The notes under the pieces: generated by a model | Database searches by the model: none | Told to the model about the DNA's origin: nothing | What the model saw: the letters and a program-made list of their open reading frames with translations, nothing else | Position numbers and translations under genes: made by a program | In this document: positions 1-9,174 of the stretch, in pieces | Layout: every line of letters begins with the position of its first letter | How positions within the stretch are numbered: position 1 is the first letter of the stretch | NCBI GenBank assembly: GCA_902602135.1 | Contig: CACKQA010000003.1 | Coordinates: 1-38,345 of the forward strand | Direction of reading: 5' to 3' | Length of the DNA: 38,345 bases | From: an uncultured Alphaproteobacteria bacterium | Lineage (GTDB): Bacteria > Pseudomonadota > Alphaproteobacteria > HIMB59 > GCA-002718135

Positions 1-1487
1 TTATAATAAATCATATCTCTAATTCTTTCTCCAATATGAACTCTTTCAATTTTTATATTATCACTATTACCATTGCTAACTTTATTTGGGGTTGTGATGT
101 TTTCATCATTGTAGTCAAATTCAAAAAAATAGAGAGATTCATCCTTCATTGATGCTACTACGTAACTATTATCTTTATCTAAACCAACTATTTGAGAAAT
201 CCCAATAGATGGATTAAAGTAAATTAGAGGTTCAATAAAATTATATTCAGAGTGAGATTTATGAAGTGGATATTTTACATACTTTTTTTTGTTATAGGGT
301 GCATTTTTTCCTCCATAATGTTCTCCATATGATGAAATAGCCCATCCATAATTAGGTATTTTATTAATATTGAAATCTATTAAATTAATTTCATCACCAC
401 CCTCTGGGCCATGCTCCGCCTCTAATAGGAAATTATTTTTTTTATTGTAATATAATCCTTGAGGATTTCTATGACCCATACTTACAACCTTGTAATCTTT
501 TGTGGTTTTATTAATTTCAATTATTTTACTAAATATACTATCTTCTTTTTGCGCTCTAAATCTACTTCTAAAATCACCAGTAGAAAAAAATAGATTTAGA
601 TCATCTACGTTAATTATTCGCCCTCCAGATTGATGTGCATTAAACTCACCGTCAATATTATCATAAAAATGAACACATTCATCTGACGTGAAAAGATTTT
701 CAAAAATAATAAGCTTTAAATTCATTTTTCCATGTAATAAACTTGTATTCCAACAATTTGCTTTCACTTCTCTTGTATAAGATACGTAAATTTGATCTTT
801 GTAAATATTTACATCTTTAATTGAGAACCAACCACCTTCTAACCAATCAAAATCATGTATTCTTGATTTTCTAAACTGTTCTCCCCCTATAAATTTACTA
901 ATATTTGTTTTAATTTGTTTAAAATATAAATCATTTGTATTATTTTTAATTTGATTAGAATACGCTAATACACCACTTGCCGAGATTAAAATTAAATTAT
1001 TATTATATTTTTCTAAATAGCCGCTTGCAGGAAATTGATTGGCTATACCATATAATAATATATTTTTATGTGGGCTATAAATTCTTGCTTTGATTTTATT
1101 ATTTGAAAAACTGTGCTCAGCATTAATTGAATATTCTAAATTCTTATTATTTCTTTTGATATCTAAATCAAATTCGTAAGGATCAAATTGCTCAAGTATT
1201 TTTACTAATATTTGAGAATTATATTCAGTTTCAATACTATCATCATATAAATCTTTGAATGCTTCCTCAAATAATTCTTTTTGTGCTCTGAATTGATTAC
1301 GTTCTTTTTTAAGATCTTTGATTTGAGTTTTTAAGTTTGTCGTATTTTTATGAAATAAAATATACTTATGTACAAATTCATTTAAATTATTGTTAATTTG
1401 CTTATTTATATATTTGAAATCAAATAAAAAATTGAATGAAAGAAAGGCAAATATCAAAACTACAATAAAGTTTCTAAAAATTTTCAT
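1..1487 (-). CDS. PQQ-dependent glucose/sorbosone dehydrogenase-family beta-propeller protein with N-terminal membrane anchor and coiled coil; 3' end runs off the window
   Basis: Not in the ORF track. Manual translation from ATG at 1487 (MKIFRNFIVVLIFAFLSF...) stays open to base 1 and contains HQSGGRI, SMGHRNPQGL, EHGPEGGDEIN, NYGW and GERIRD. Confidence 0.85.
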   Translation of the reverse strand, partial: MKIFRNFIVVLIFAFLSFNFLFDFKYINKQINNNLNEFVHKYILFHKNTTNLKTQIKDLKKERNQFRAQKELFEEAFKDLYDDSIETEYNSQILVKILEQFDPYEFDLDIKRNNKNLEYSINAEHSFSNNKIKARIYSPHKNILLYGIANQFPASGYLEKYNNNLILISASGVLAYSNQIKNNTNDLYFKQIKTNISKFIGGEQFRKSRIHDFDWLEGGWFSIKDVNIYKDQIYVSYTREVKANCWNTSLLHGKMNLKLIIFENLFTSDECVHFYDNIDGEFNAHQSGGRIINVDDLNLFFSTGDFRSRFRAQKEDSIFSKIIEINKTTKDYKVVSMGHRNPQGLYYNKKNNFLLEAEHGPEGGDEINLIDFNINKIPNYGWAISSYGEHYGGKNAPYNKKKYVKYPLHKSHSEYNFIEPLIYFNPSIGISQIVGLDKDNSYVVASMKDESLYFFEFDYNDENITTPNKVSNGNSDNIKIERVHIGERIRDMIYY

Positions 1488-1528
1488 AAAAAAAAATTAT
1501 CAAAAAAGAAAACTAATTACAATATGTT

Positions 1529-2407
1529 TTAGTATCTAACTTTGTTTTTTAATTTTTTTGAATAAAGATAATTTGATATATTTTGTGAGCTTATCTTAGC
1601 CATTCTCAATCTTGTCTCAAAAGTAGCACTTCCATTATGAGGGGATAACAAAACATTTTTTAATTTTAAAAATTTATTGTTAATTTTTGGCTCCAGTTTA
1701 AACACATCTAATGCAGCACCAGCTATTGAATTTTTATTTAAAGCATCCAATAAATGAACTTCATTAATTACAGATCCTCTTGAAACATTTACTATTATAG
1801 TAGAAGGCTTCATGAGTTTTAAAATAGTTTTATTTATTAAGTCTTTTGTTTTGCTTCCACCAATACATGTAATTACCATTACATCGATTACACTGACCAT
1901 ATCTTTTAAATTTTTGAAATATTTATACTTTAAATTTTTTTTATTTGGTCCAAAATAAACAATTTTCATAGAAAGAGATTTTACTCGTTTAGAAAATGCT
2001 TTACCTATTTCACCCATACCAACAATTCCTACTGTTTTGTTAGTAAGACTAGTTGTTAATTCAAACGGTTTTTTGCTCCATTTTTTTTTCAAAATAAAAT
2101 TATGGGCTTCATTTATTCTTCTTGATAAAGACATCATTAGACCAAGTGCTAAATCAGCAACATCATCAGTAAGAACTTTAGGTGTATTTGTTATAACTAT
2201 TTTATTTTTTTTACAATAATTCAGATCAACACCATCATATCCAACACCAAATACTGAAACTATTTTTAGATTTTTAAATTTTTTAAGAAATTTTTTATCA
2301 GTTTTAAAACCACCGGTGACAACTATTCCTTGGTATTTATTAAAATCAATTTTACTCTCAAATTTCCACAAACAATCAACACTGAAATCTTTTTTATAAA
2401 CATGCAC
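1529..2407 (-). CDS. D-isomer-specific 2-hydroxyacid dehydrogenase (glyoxylate/hydroxypyruvate reductase-like), apparently missing its first ~15 aa
   Basis: GVGYDGVD, NTPKVLTDDVAD, Rossmann GIVGMGEIG, NVSRG, LDVF and SPHNGS motifs. The GTG start has no SD and the first beta-strand is absent. Confidence 0.85.
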   Translation of the reverse strand: MHVYKKDFSVDCLWKFESKIDFNKYQGIVVTGGFKTDKKFLKKFKNLKIVSVFGVGYDGVDLNYCKKNKIVITNTPKVLTDDVADLALGLMMSLSRRINEAHNFILKKKWSKKPFELTTSLTNKTVGIVGMGEIGKAFSKRVKSLSMKIVYFGPNKKNLKYKYFKNLKDMVSVIDVMVITCIGGSKTKDLINKTILKLMKPSTIIVNVSRGSVINEVHLLDALNKNSIAGAALDVFKLEPKINNKFLKLKNVLLSPHNGSATFETRLRMAKISSQNISNYLYSKKLKNKVRY

Positions 2408-3597
2408 AAAGAAAAGATTTAAATTATGGTTACGATGGACGTTTTAATATCTACGATGATAATTTAAGTGTTAAATTTTATACTCCCATAGGTGATACTT
2501 TACTATACGGAATAACGAATACTACTCCTGGAAGTGGTTATTTAGATATTCATCAAGATAATCTAATTCTTGTTTCATCTAGCGGCATTATTGGGCATTC
2601 AAAAAAACCATTAAATAAACCGAAATTTGGAATATCGCTCAAACAGATTCAAAATAATCTTAATAATTTTATTGATGTTAACCAATTTAAAAAATCAAGA
2701 CACTTCGATGATCCAAAATACTCATGGTTAAAAGGAGGTTGGTACTCAATAAAAGACGTAGAAATCTTTGGTAGTAATATTTATGTCTCCTACACAAAAG
2801 AAGTTAAAGAAAATTGTTGGAATACTAGCTTGCTTTCTGGAAAAATGAATTATGTTTATATTCATTTTACAACTTTGTTTACATCTGAAGAATGCGTAAA
2901 TGAATATAATAATATTGATGATGAGTATAATGCACACCAGTCAGGTGGGAGAATTATTAATTTAAATAATGAAACAGTTTTATTTTCACTTGGTGATTTT
3001 AGAAGTCGCTATCGGGCACAAACAGAAAATAGTATTTTTGGTAAGATTCTTAAAATTAATAAGAAAAATAAAAGTTATGAAATTATCAGTATGGGTCATA
3101 GAAATCCTCAAGGTCTTTTTTATAATGAGGATGAAAATTTTCTTTTAGAGGCAGAACATGGGCCTCAAGGTGGAGATGAAATTAATGTGATAAAACTTGA
3201 TTTCAATACCATACAAAATTTTGGTTGGGCCATTTCATCTTATGGAGAACATTATGGAGGTAAAAATGCACCTGAAAATAAAAATAAGTATGAAAAATAT
3301 CCACTACATAAATCACATTCTGAACATGGATTTATAGAACCATTAAAATATTTCAATCCATCAATAGGAATTTCACAAATTATTGGTTTAGATAATGAGT
3401 ATCAATATGTTGTAGCTTCTTTAAAAGCCCATTCTCTATATTTTTTTGAATACAATTATAATAACAAAAAAAATAATTTTAATATTGTAAAAAAATTAGA
3501 TATTGGTGAAAGAATAAGAGATATGATTTATTACAATAATAAATTATATTTATATCTGGAAGATACTGCTTCTTTAGCAGAAATATCTTTTAATTAA
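2401..3597 (+). pseudogene. 5'-truncated paralog of the glucose/sorbosone dehydrogenase-family gene at 1-1487
   Basis: The frame is open from 2386 with no ATG/GTG/TTG until 2830. The 2401-2830 translation (LLYGITNTTPGSGYL, WLKGGWYSIKDV, NCWNTSLL) matches the paralog. GHRNPQG and EHGPQGGDEIN are present. Confidence 0.7.
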
Positions 3598-3598
3598 A

Positions 3599-4561
3599 TT
3601 GATAAAACTTAAAGAAAAATGGCTTTGGGATTTTTGGATAAGTAATGATAAAGACATTTGGTATTGTTATTTTCTTCAAGCTGATAAATCTCTAAAAGAT
3701 CCTGATCTAAGACATAATAACGTTACTCATGGATTAGCTACCTCAAAAGATTTAATTAATTGGGAATATCATGGTACAGTTTTTACTCCTTCTAAAAATG
3801 AAAATTTTGATGATTATACAACTTGGACAGGATCAATAATTAAAAATAAAAATAAATGGCACTACTTTTATACAGGTAGAAATAAAAAGGAAAATGGTAG
3901 TAAACAAAGAATTGGTCATGCAATAGGTGACACACCCTATTCTTTTAATAGATATGGAAATGGATTAGCTCTCGATTTAGATAAAAATATTTACCAAGAG
4001 TTAGAGAGTGATAATTATTGGCAAGATCGTGCTATGCGTGATCCATGGGTAATGAAGCATCCTTATGAAAATAAATTTATAATGGCATACACAGCTAGAG
4101 CATCAATCCACAATAATCCTTATCAGTGTGGGGTAATTGGAATGGCTGAGTCAGATGACCTTTATGAATGGAAATCTATTCAACCTTTATTTGGAGGATT
4201 ATTTAGTCAGTTAGAAGTTCCTCAAATATTTACAGTAAAAAATAAATGGTATTGTTTATTTTGTAACCATCCCGAAGACTGGTCTAATGAATTCAAAAAA
4301 AATTATAATGGGCCGAATAAGCGAGGAACACATTATTTAATTGCAGATAAATTTGAAGGTCCATGGAATCTGGCACCAGGCCCCTACTTTACAACAAGTT
4401 CTGAAATAGAACTTTATGCAGGTAGAGTTATAGAAAAAGATAATAAATTTTTCTTTATGGCTTTTTTACATGATGATCAAAATGGTAATTTTATTGGAGA
4501 AATATCAAATCCAATTCCAATTAGTTTTAATAAAAATGGTTTAATGAGTTTGGAAATTTAA
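3599..4561 (+). CDS. Glycoside hydrolase clan GH-J (GH32/GH68-like beta-fructofuranosidase/levansucrase-like), single beta-propeller
   Basis: WLWDFW (nucleophile Asp), WTGS, MRDP and QLEVP (acid/base Glu) motifs. Confidence 0.8.
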   Translation: MIKLKEKWLWDFWISNDKDIWYCYFLQADKSLKDPDLRHNNVTHGLATSKDLINWEYHGTVFTPSKNENFDDYTTWTGSIIKNKNKWHYFYTGRNKKENGSKQRIGHAIGDTPYSFNRYGNGLALDLDKNIYQELESDNYWQDRAMRDPWVMKHPYENKFIMAYTARASIHNNPYQCGVIGMAESDDLYEWKSIQPLFGGLFSQLEVPQIFTVKNKWYCLFCNHPEDWSNEFKKNYNGPNKRGTHYLIADKFEGPWNLAPGPYFTTSSEIELYAGRVIEKDNKFFFMAFLHDDQNGNFIGEISNPIPISFNKNGLMSLEI

Positions 4562-5412
4562 TTAATATTTTTCCAAGAATATTCTGGTTTAAATCCTAAA
4601 ATTTTTTTAGCTTTCTCATTACTTAGCAATGTTTTATTTTTTCCAATTTCACCTTTAATTTGAATATTTGGAAATACTTTATCAAGAAGAGATTTATTAT
4701 CTTCTTCCATAACAGTATCATCTGCGGCTATAATAAAATTCTCAGCACCTTTTAATTTACTTTTCATTGCTAATAAACAAGCTTGAGCTACATCTCTAGC
4801 GTCAATATAGCCCCAAAAATTCCATTTTCTTAAAAATGGATCTTTTTGGAATGATTGGAATTGTTTGTAATCTTTCTCTTCCATTATATTTGAGTAGCGA
4901 AGTCCAAATATTTTCATTTCAGGATTTCTCCTGCAATATTGTCTAGCCATTTCTTCACCCATTACCTTTGATAAGGAATAGCTAGATTCAGGACGAGGAT
5001 AATATTCTTCATCAACTGGGACATATGGCGGATATGTGTCAAAAGGTAAACCAAGAACAGTTTCACTTGAAGCCCATACAATATTATTAATTTTTAAAAC
5101 TTTAGCTGCCTGAAAAATATTGTAAGTACTCAAAGTATTCATTTTAAAAGTTTTATGATTGGTTTCTAAACCTGGAGCAGGAATAGCTGCTTGATGAATA
5201 ATTGCATCAATTCCATTAATACGGTCATCTATTTCAGATACAGACTCCATTGCATCACCAAAATTTTCTAAATTAACTTTTGAAAAAGGGACATTCAATT
5301 CAGAATGATTGGCTAAATCTACATTAAACACATTATAGTTATTTTTTAATAGTAAATTTATTGTTGCTCTTCCCGCTTTACCAGAACCACCTGTGACTAA
5401 TATATTTTTCAT
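4558..5412 (-). CDS. NAD-dependent epimerase/dehydratase (extended SDR)
   Basis: VTGGSGKAG Rossmann motif, ASS, and catalytic YSLSK (YxxxK). Confidence 0.85.
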   Translation of the reverse strand: MKNILVTGGSGKAGRATINLLLKNNYNVFNVDLANHSELNVPFSKVNLENFGDAMESVSEIDDRINGIDAIIHQAAIPAPGLETNHKTFKMNTLSTYNIFQAAKVLKINNIVWASSETVLGLPFDTYPPYVPVDEEYYPRPESSYSLSKVMGEEMARQYCRRNPEMKIFGLRYSNIMEEKDYKQFQSFQKDPFLRKWNFWGYIDARDVAQACLLAMKSKLKGAENFIIAADDTVMEEDNKSLLDKVFPNIQIKGEIGKNKTLLSNEKAKKILGFKPEYSWKNIN

Positions 5413-5485
5413 TTTAAATTACTTTAATAATTTTTTTATAAAGAATCATTAATAATTTGATAAGTATTTTTATAAAGGAGATTTT

Positions 5486-5917
5486 ATGGCTGAATATATT
5501 CTAGAAGCTGGAGGTACAATGGCGTTTACATTCCATGTTTTATTCATGCTTTTTAACTTATTTATTATTTATCAGTTTTATTTTAATGATAAATTTTTTA
5601 ATGAATTAGGCTTTTCTAATGAGGAACCAAAATTGGTATTTAGAGGTCCTTTAGGTGCAGTTTTTTTAACAATGTTATTAATGTCTATATTGTTAACATT
5701 TGATGTTACTGGGAACACCTATGAAGAAAATGTAGTACAATATAAATTCTGGTATTCATTTTTGTTTATGCTTATGGCAATAGCTTTAATTAGCTCTGTT
5801 GTTAGATATTTTAATCTTGTAAATAACTACGGCATTACTCCTAATATTAGAGGAGTTATGTTTCCATTAATTGGATTGATTTTAATTATCCTTCGAACGA
5901 TGTTTGAGGCTTATTAA
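5486..5917 (+). CDS. Hypothetical membrane protein (~4 TM)
   Basis: AAGGAG SD upstream; hydrophobic segments. Confidence 0.75.
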   Translation: MAEYILEAGGTMAFTFHVLFMLFNLFIIYQFYFNDKFFNELGFSNEEPKLVFRGPLGAVFLTMLLMSILLTFDVTGNTYEENVVQYKFWYSFLFMLMAIALISSVVRYFNLVNNYGITPNIRGVMFPLIGLILIILRTMFEAY

Positions 5918-5926
5918 TATAGATTT

Positions 5927-5952
5927 GCAAGCGGTTTAATAGCCGCTTGTTT
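5927..5952. terminator. Probable (bidirectional) intrinsic terminator between convergent genes
   Basis: Hairpin CAAGCGGTT-TAAT-AGCCGCTTG followed by TTTT, in the short gap between two convergent stop codons. Confidence 0.7.
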
Positions 5953-6350
5953 TAATTAAAATAACTTCTCATTTTTTTTCTTGATGCAAAATGTAAGATT
6001 ATAGAAACTATAAATAAGAAAAAAACAAAATAGTATTCTCTAAATTCAACTTGACTAGTATAAAAAACAAATAAACAACAAATTGTAAATGATTTAATAT
6101 AAATTTCTAAAAACTGAATAGGATAAAGTTTTTCTGATTGAAGGAAAAGATATCTAAACCCAAAGTAAGCAAAAGTAAGAAAAACAGCTAATCTGACTGA
6201 AGTAATTCTATGATATGGTATTTCTTGTTTTTCAACAATAGTGAAGGGAAAATAGATAGTTACACCCATTATCTCTGCAATTATAAATGCTACTGCCCAT
6301 AAACTTAATAAACCAACTATAAATTTAGCTAATGTTCTTACCATAATCAA
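5952..6350 (-). CDS. Hypothetical membrane protein
   Basis: 132-aa ORF with ~4 hydrophobic helices; the true start may be the ATG at codon 3. Confidence 0.7.
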   Translation of the reverse strand: MIMVRTLAKFIVGLLSLWAVAFIIAEIMGVTIYFPFTIVEKQEIPYHRITSVRLAVFLTFAYFGFRYLFLQSEKLYPIQFLEIYIKSFTICCLFVFYTSQVEFREYYFVFFLFIVSIILHFASRKKMRSYFN

Positions 6351-6467
6351 ATTTATGGTCTTTTTTTTACAAGGGTTTTGACCGAACCTATTTATATATT
6401 CTAACTAAATTTTAATAAAAAATACATAAATATTGATTTCATTGCAGAAAACTAAGTTATTTTTTAT

Positions 6468-6860
6468 TTAAAAATTATCTTTAATTGGAGAAAAATATAA
6501 AAGAATCAAAATTGCTCCACTAATTAATCCACCAATTTGATCAAGCATACCACTAAAGGCAGTATAAATAACAGAACCACTAAAATAATTTAGAACTATG
6601 CCAGCTACTACTAAAAATAAATACAGTGATTTTCCATAAGAGATAAATCGATAAAGTAGATTTAAAGTTAATAGATATAAAAAAAATAAGCTAATCGATA
6701 CTATTCGGGCAAAATTTTCAAAATTAGATAATAGTCCATCATTTAAATCCTCATAAAGATTGGAAATTTCTGATGGTTGATACATAGAAGATATCACCAT
6801 TAATATAATGACAATAAAGTCAGCTAAAATTAAATTTTTAAAAATTTTTTCAATTTCCAT
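6468..6860 (-). CDS. Hypothetical membrane protein
   Basis: 130-aa ORF with ~4 hydrophobic helices. Confidence 0.7.
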   Translation of the reverse strand: MEIEKIFKNLILADFIVIILMVISSMYQPSEISNLYEDLNDGLLSNFENFARIVSISLFFLYLLTLNLLYRFISYGKSLYLFLVVAGIVLNYFSGSVIYTAFSGMLDQIGGLISGAILILLYFSPIKDNF

Positions 6861-6970
6861 AATAGCTATAAATTAAATAAATATGGTATTTAACTTAGAT
6901 ATGTAGTTTGAATATTACAATAAGATTATTAAAATCTATTTAAAAATAAATTAGATATTAAAAATTATAT

Positions 6971-7333
6971 TTACCACATTGAATGGATAATATCGGAACT
7001 GTTAATTTTTACTAAATTCTCACATTTACTTTCAAAATCACTAAAATCATCTCTAAAAGATGCGCCATTGTTTTGTGCTTGCTCAAAATGATTATCTATT
7101 CCTGCTTGACTTTCATAAAGCTCTGTTAAGATTAGAGACATATTGCCTGTTTTATTTCCATCTTTAAATTCAGGGCCTATAGACCAATTTAACATTAGGA
7201 GTGCTTTTTCACCTTCCTTTGTATGTGTTTCCTTCATCCATTTTGTATGATCTTCTGCAATTCTTTTTGCAATATCATTAAGTTCAGGTTTAAAAATCCA
7301 TAAATACTGAAGTTGTTTTTTATTTTGAAACAT
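6971..7333 (-). CDS. Hypothetical protein, possibly dimeric alpha-beta barrel (ABM-like)
   Basis: Strong AAGGAGG SD. HxxWMKETH and LTELYESxAGIDNH resemble ferredoxin-like barrel proteins (fold is inferred). Confidence 0.65.
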   Translation of the reverse strand: MFQNKKQLQYLWIFKPELNDIAKRIAEDHTKWMKETHTKEGEKALLMLNWSIGPEFKDGNKTGNMSLILTELYESQAGIDNHFEQAQNNGASFRDDFSDFESKCENLVKINSSDIIHSMW

Positions 7334-7388
7334 ATTTCCTCCTTTTTTTAAAATAATACTAGTAAGTTAAGAAAATATTTCAAACAAA

Positions 7389-8228
7389 TTATTGTTGAGA
7401 ATTATTTTCCAATGTTTGTACATGAATATCTAGGTTTTCTATCAAAGAATCATTATTAATATTTCCATAAAAAACACCTTTAATAGGTGATGCGTAACTT
7501 GCATCAAGTCCACAAGAAACACGTACGTATCTTTCATCTGGACTGCACTTATTTGTAGGATCAAATCCCACCCAACCTAAGTCATTTATATAAAATTCTG
7601 CCCAGGCATGTGTAGATTGAAATTCTGAAGAATGGGAATTGTTATGCATATAACCATTTACATATCTAGCAGGTATTCCTAAAGTTTTTGCTGCGGCAAT
7701 CATAATATGTGCTTGATCCTGACAGACTCCCTTTTTCTGATTAAATGCCTCAATGGCTGTAGTTTGATTATTTGTCGTTAAAGGTTTGTATTCAATTTTA
7801 TCAGCTACTAAATTCATAAGATTATGAGATGTTTCTAGATTTTCATTTTCATTAAAACCATTTTTAGCTTCAATAGCTAGATTTTTTATATCCGCATTTG
7901 CTTTTGTTAAATTTGATTCTCTTAAGTAAACTAATGGATCTATTTTATCAGAAGTACTCTGGTAAATTCCTTTTGTATCAAATGTTTCAACTTTTCCAAG
8001 AACTGTAAATTGTATTTTTTTCACCTTGTTTGTATTTGTAAAACTTTGAATATTATTAGCCTCACCATCCTTATAAATTTTTGATTTTTTAGCTGAGTCG
8101 TTATGGACATTCCACTCTAAAATTTTAAGACCATTATATTCTGAAGGATGCAGTTTAGTAGTTTGAATTAATCCAGCAACTGGATTTTTATACTCATACT
8201 TAGTTGTGTGTTCGATGATTAGTTCCAT
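7389..8228 (-). CDS. Bacterial transglutaminase-like protein (Bact_transglu_N + transglutaminase core)
   Basis: N-terminal IEHTTKYEY; catalytic triad motifs GVCQDQAH, HAWAE and GFDPTN. Start moved to the ATG at 8228, just after the alpha-E stop. Confidence 0.9.
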   Translation of the reverse strand: MELIIEHTTKYEYKNPVAGLIQTTKLHPSEYNGLKILEWNVHNDSAKKSKIYKDGEANNIQSFTNTNKVKKIQFTVLGKVETFDTKGIYQSTSDKIDPLVYLRESNLTKANADIKNLAIEAKNGFNENENLETSHNLMNLVADKIEYKPLTTNNQTTAIEAFNQKKGVCQDQAHIMIAAAKTLGIPARYVNGYMHNNSHSSEFQSTHAWAEFYINDLGWVGFDPTNKCSPDERYVRVSCGLDASYASPIKGVFYGNINNDSLIENLDIHVQTLENNSQQ

Positions 8229-8229
8229 A

Positions 8230-9165
8230 TTAATTAAAAAACTCCTTATGTATTTCGTTATCAACACTAGATATTTTTCTAATAAATTGTGTTACAAATT
8301 GATGAAGTCCATATTCAACAATAGTTTCTATTTTTTCTTCCTGAATTTTAGTATTTAGATCTTTTAAATTATCATAAATTCTTCCAACCTTTGCTGGACT
8401 ACATGTTAGGTTAGTTAAATGCTTAACAATATTCTGAATACAAAAACTTAAAGATCTAGGGCAATTATTATTTAAAACTAAAAAGTCAGCAATTTTAGTT
8501 GCGGTAATATTACCATCGTATGCCCATCTAAAAGCTCTAAAAGAAGATAAAGAGCGAAGCAATATACTCCATTGCATATTATCGATATTACCACCTACAT
8601 ATTGAGGCTTAGGTAATAAAACAAAATACTTCACATCTAACAATCTGGCAGAATTATCAGCCCTCTCAATAAACAAACCAAGAAAAAGAAAATTATAACC
8701 ATCATTTCTAAGCAAAGAATTTAATGATCCTCTAAATAAGTTTACTTGTTCTATTGTCCACTCAGTCAGATCAGGTAAATCAGATTTTGTAAATTTTTTT
8801 TCTTTTAAATTTAGTATCTCTTGATAAGTTTTATTAATTGCTAACCAAGACTCAGGGGTAAAGGAAGTTCTAACTACTAATGCGTTATTTCGTGCATTAA
8901 GAATACAATTGTAAACAGATGAAGGATTACTTTCATCAAAAAATAAATAATCTTCCACATTTTTCTGTTCAATTGTATCATATTTATTTTTATATCCCTC
9001 AATTGCTCCAGCAGCAGATAAAACTGATTCCCATTCATTATTATAACCACTTGGATTTGGAAAAAGAGACATTCTATAACCAACATCCAAAAGCCTGGCT
9101 GTAGTTTCAGCTCTTTCCATATAACGACTGATCCAATATAGATATTCAGCAGTTCTACTTAACAT
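8230..9165 (-). CDS. Alpha-E domain protein (DUF403 type)
   Basis: MLSRTAEYLYWISRYMERAE, second ER motif FIERAD, and CPRSL. Confidence 0.92.
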   Translation of the reverse strand: MLSRTAEYLYWISRYMERAETTARLLDVGYRMSLFPNPSGYNNEWESVLSAAGAIEGYKNKYDTIEQKNVEDYLFFDESNPSSVYNCILNARNNALVVRTSFTPESWLAINKTYQEILNLKEKKFTKSDLPDLTEWTIEQVNLFRGSLNSLLRNDGYNFLFLGLFIERADNSARLLDVKYFVLLPKPQYVGGNIDNMQWSILLRSLSSFRAFRWAYDGNITATKIADFLVLNNNCPRSLSFCIQNIVKHLTNLTCSPAKVGRIYDNLKDLNTKIQEEKIETIVEYGLHQFVTQFIRKISSVDNEIHKEFFN

Positions 9166-9174
9166 TTTTATTAC

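Noticed and set aside
2037-2937. Short ORF-track entries 2037-2219 (+) and 2746-2937 (-)
   Set aside because: Antisense shadows of real dehydrogenase coding sequence.
2830-3597. The 255-aa ORF as a complete gene starting at TTG 2830
   Set aside because: Homology to the paralog continues ~140 codons upstream in the same frame, so the TTG is internal.
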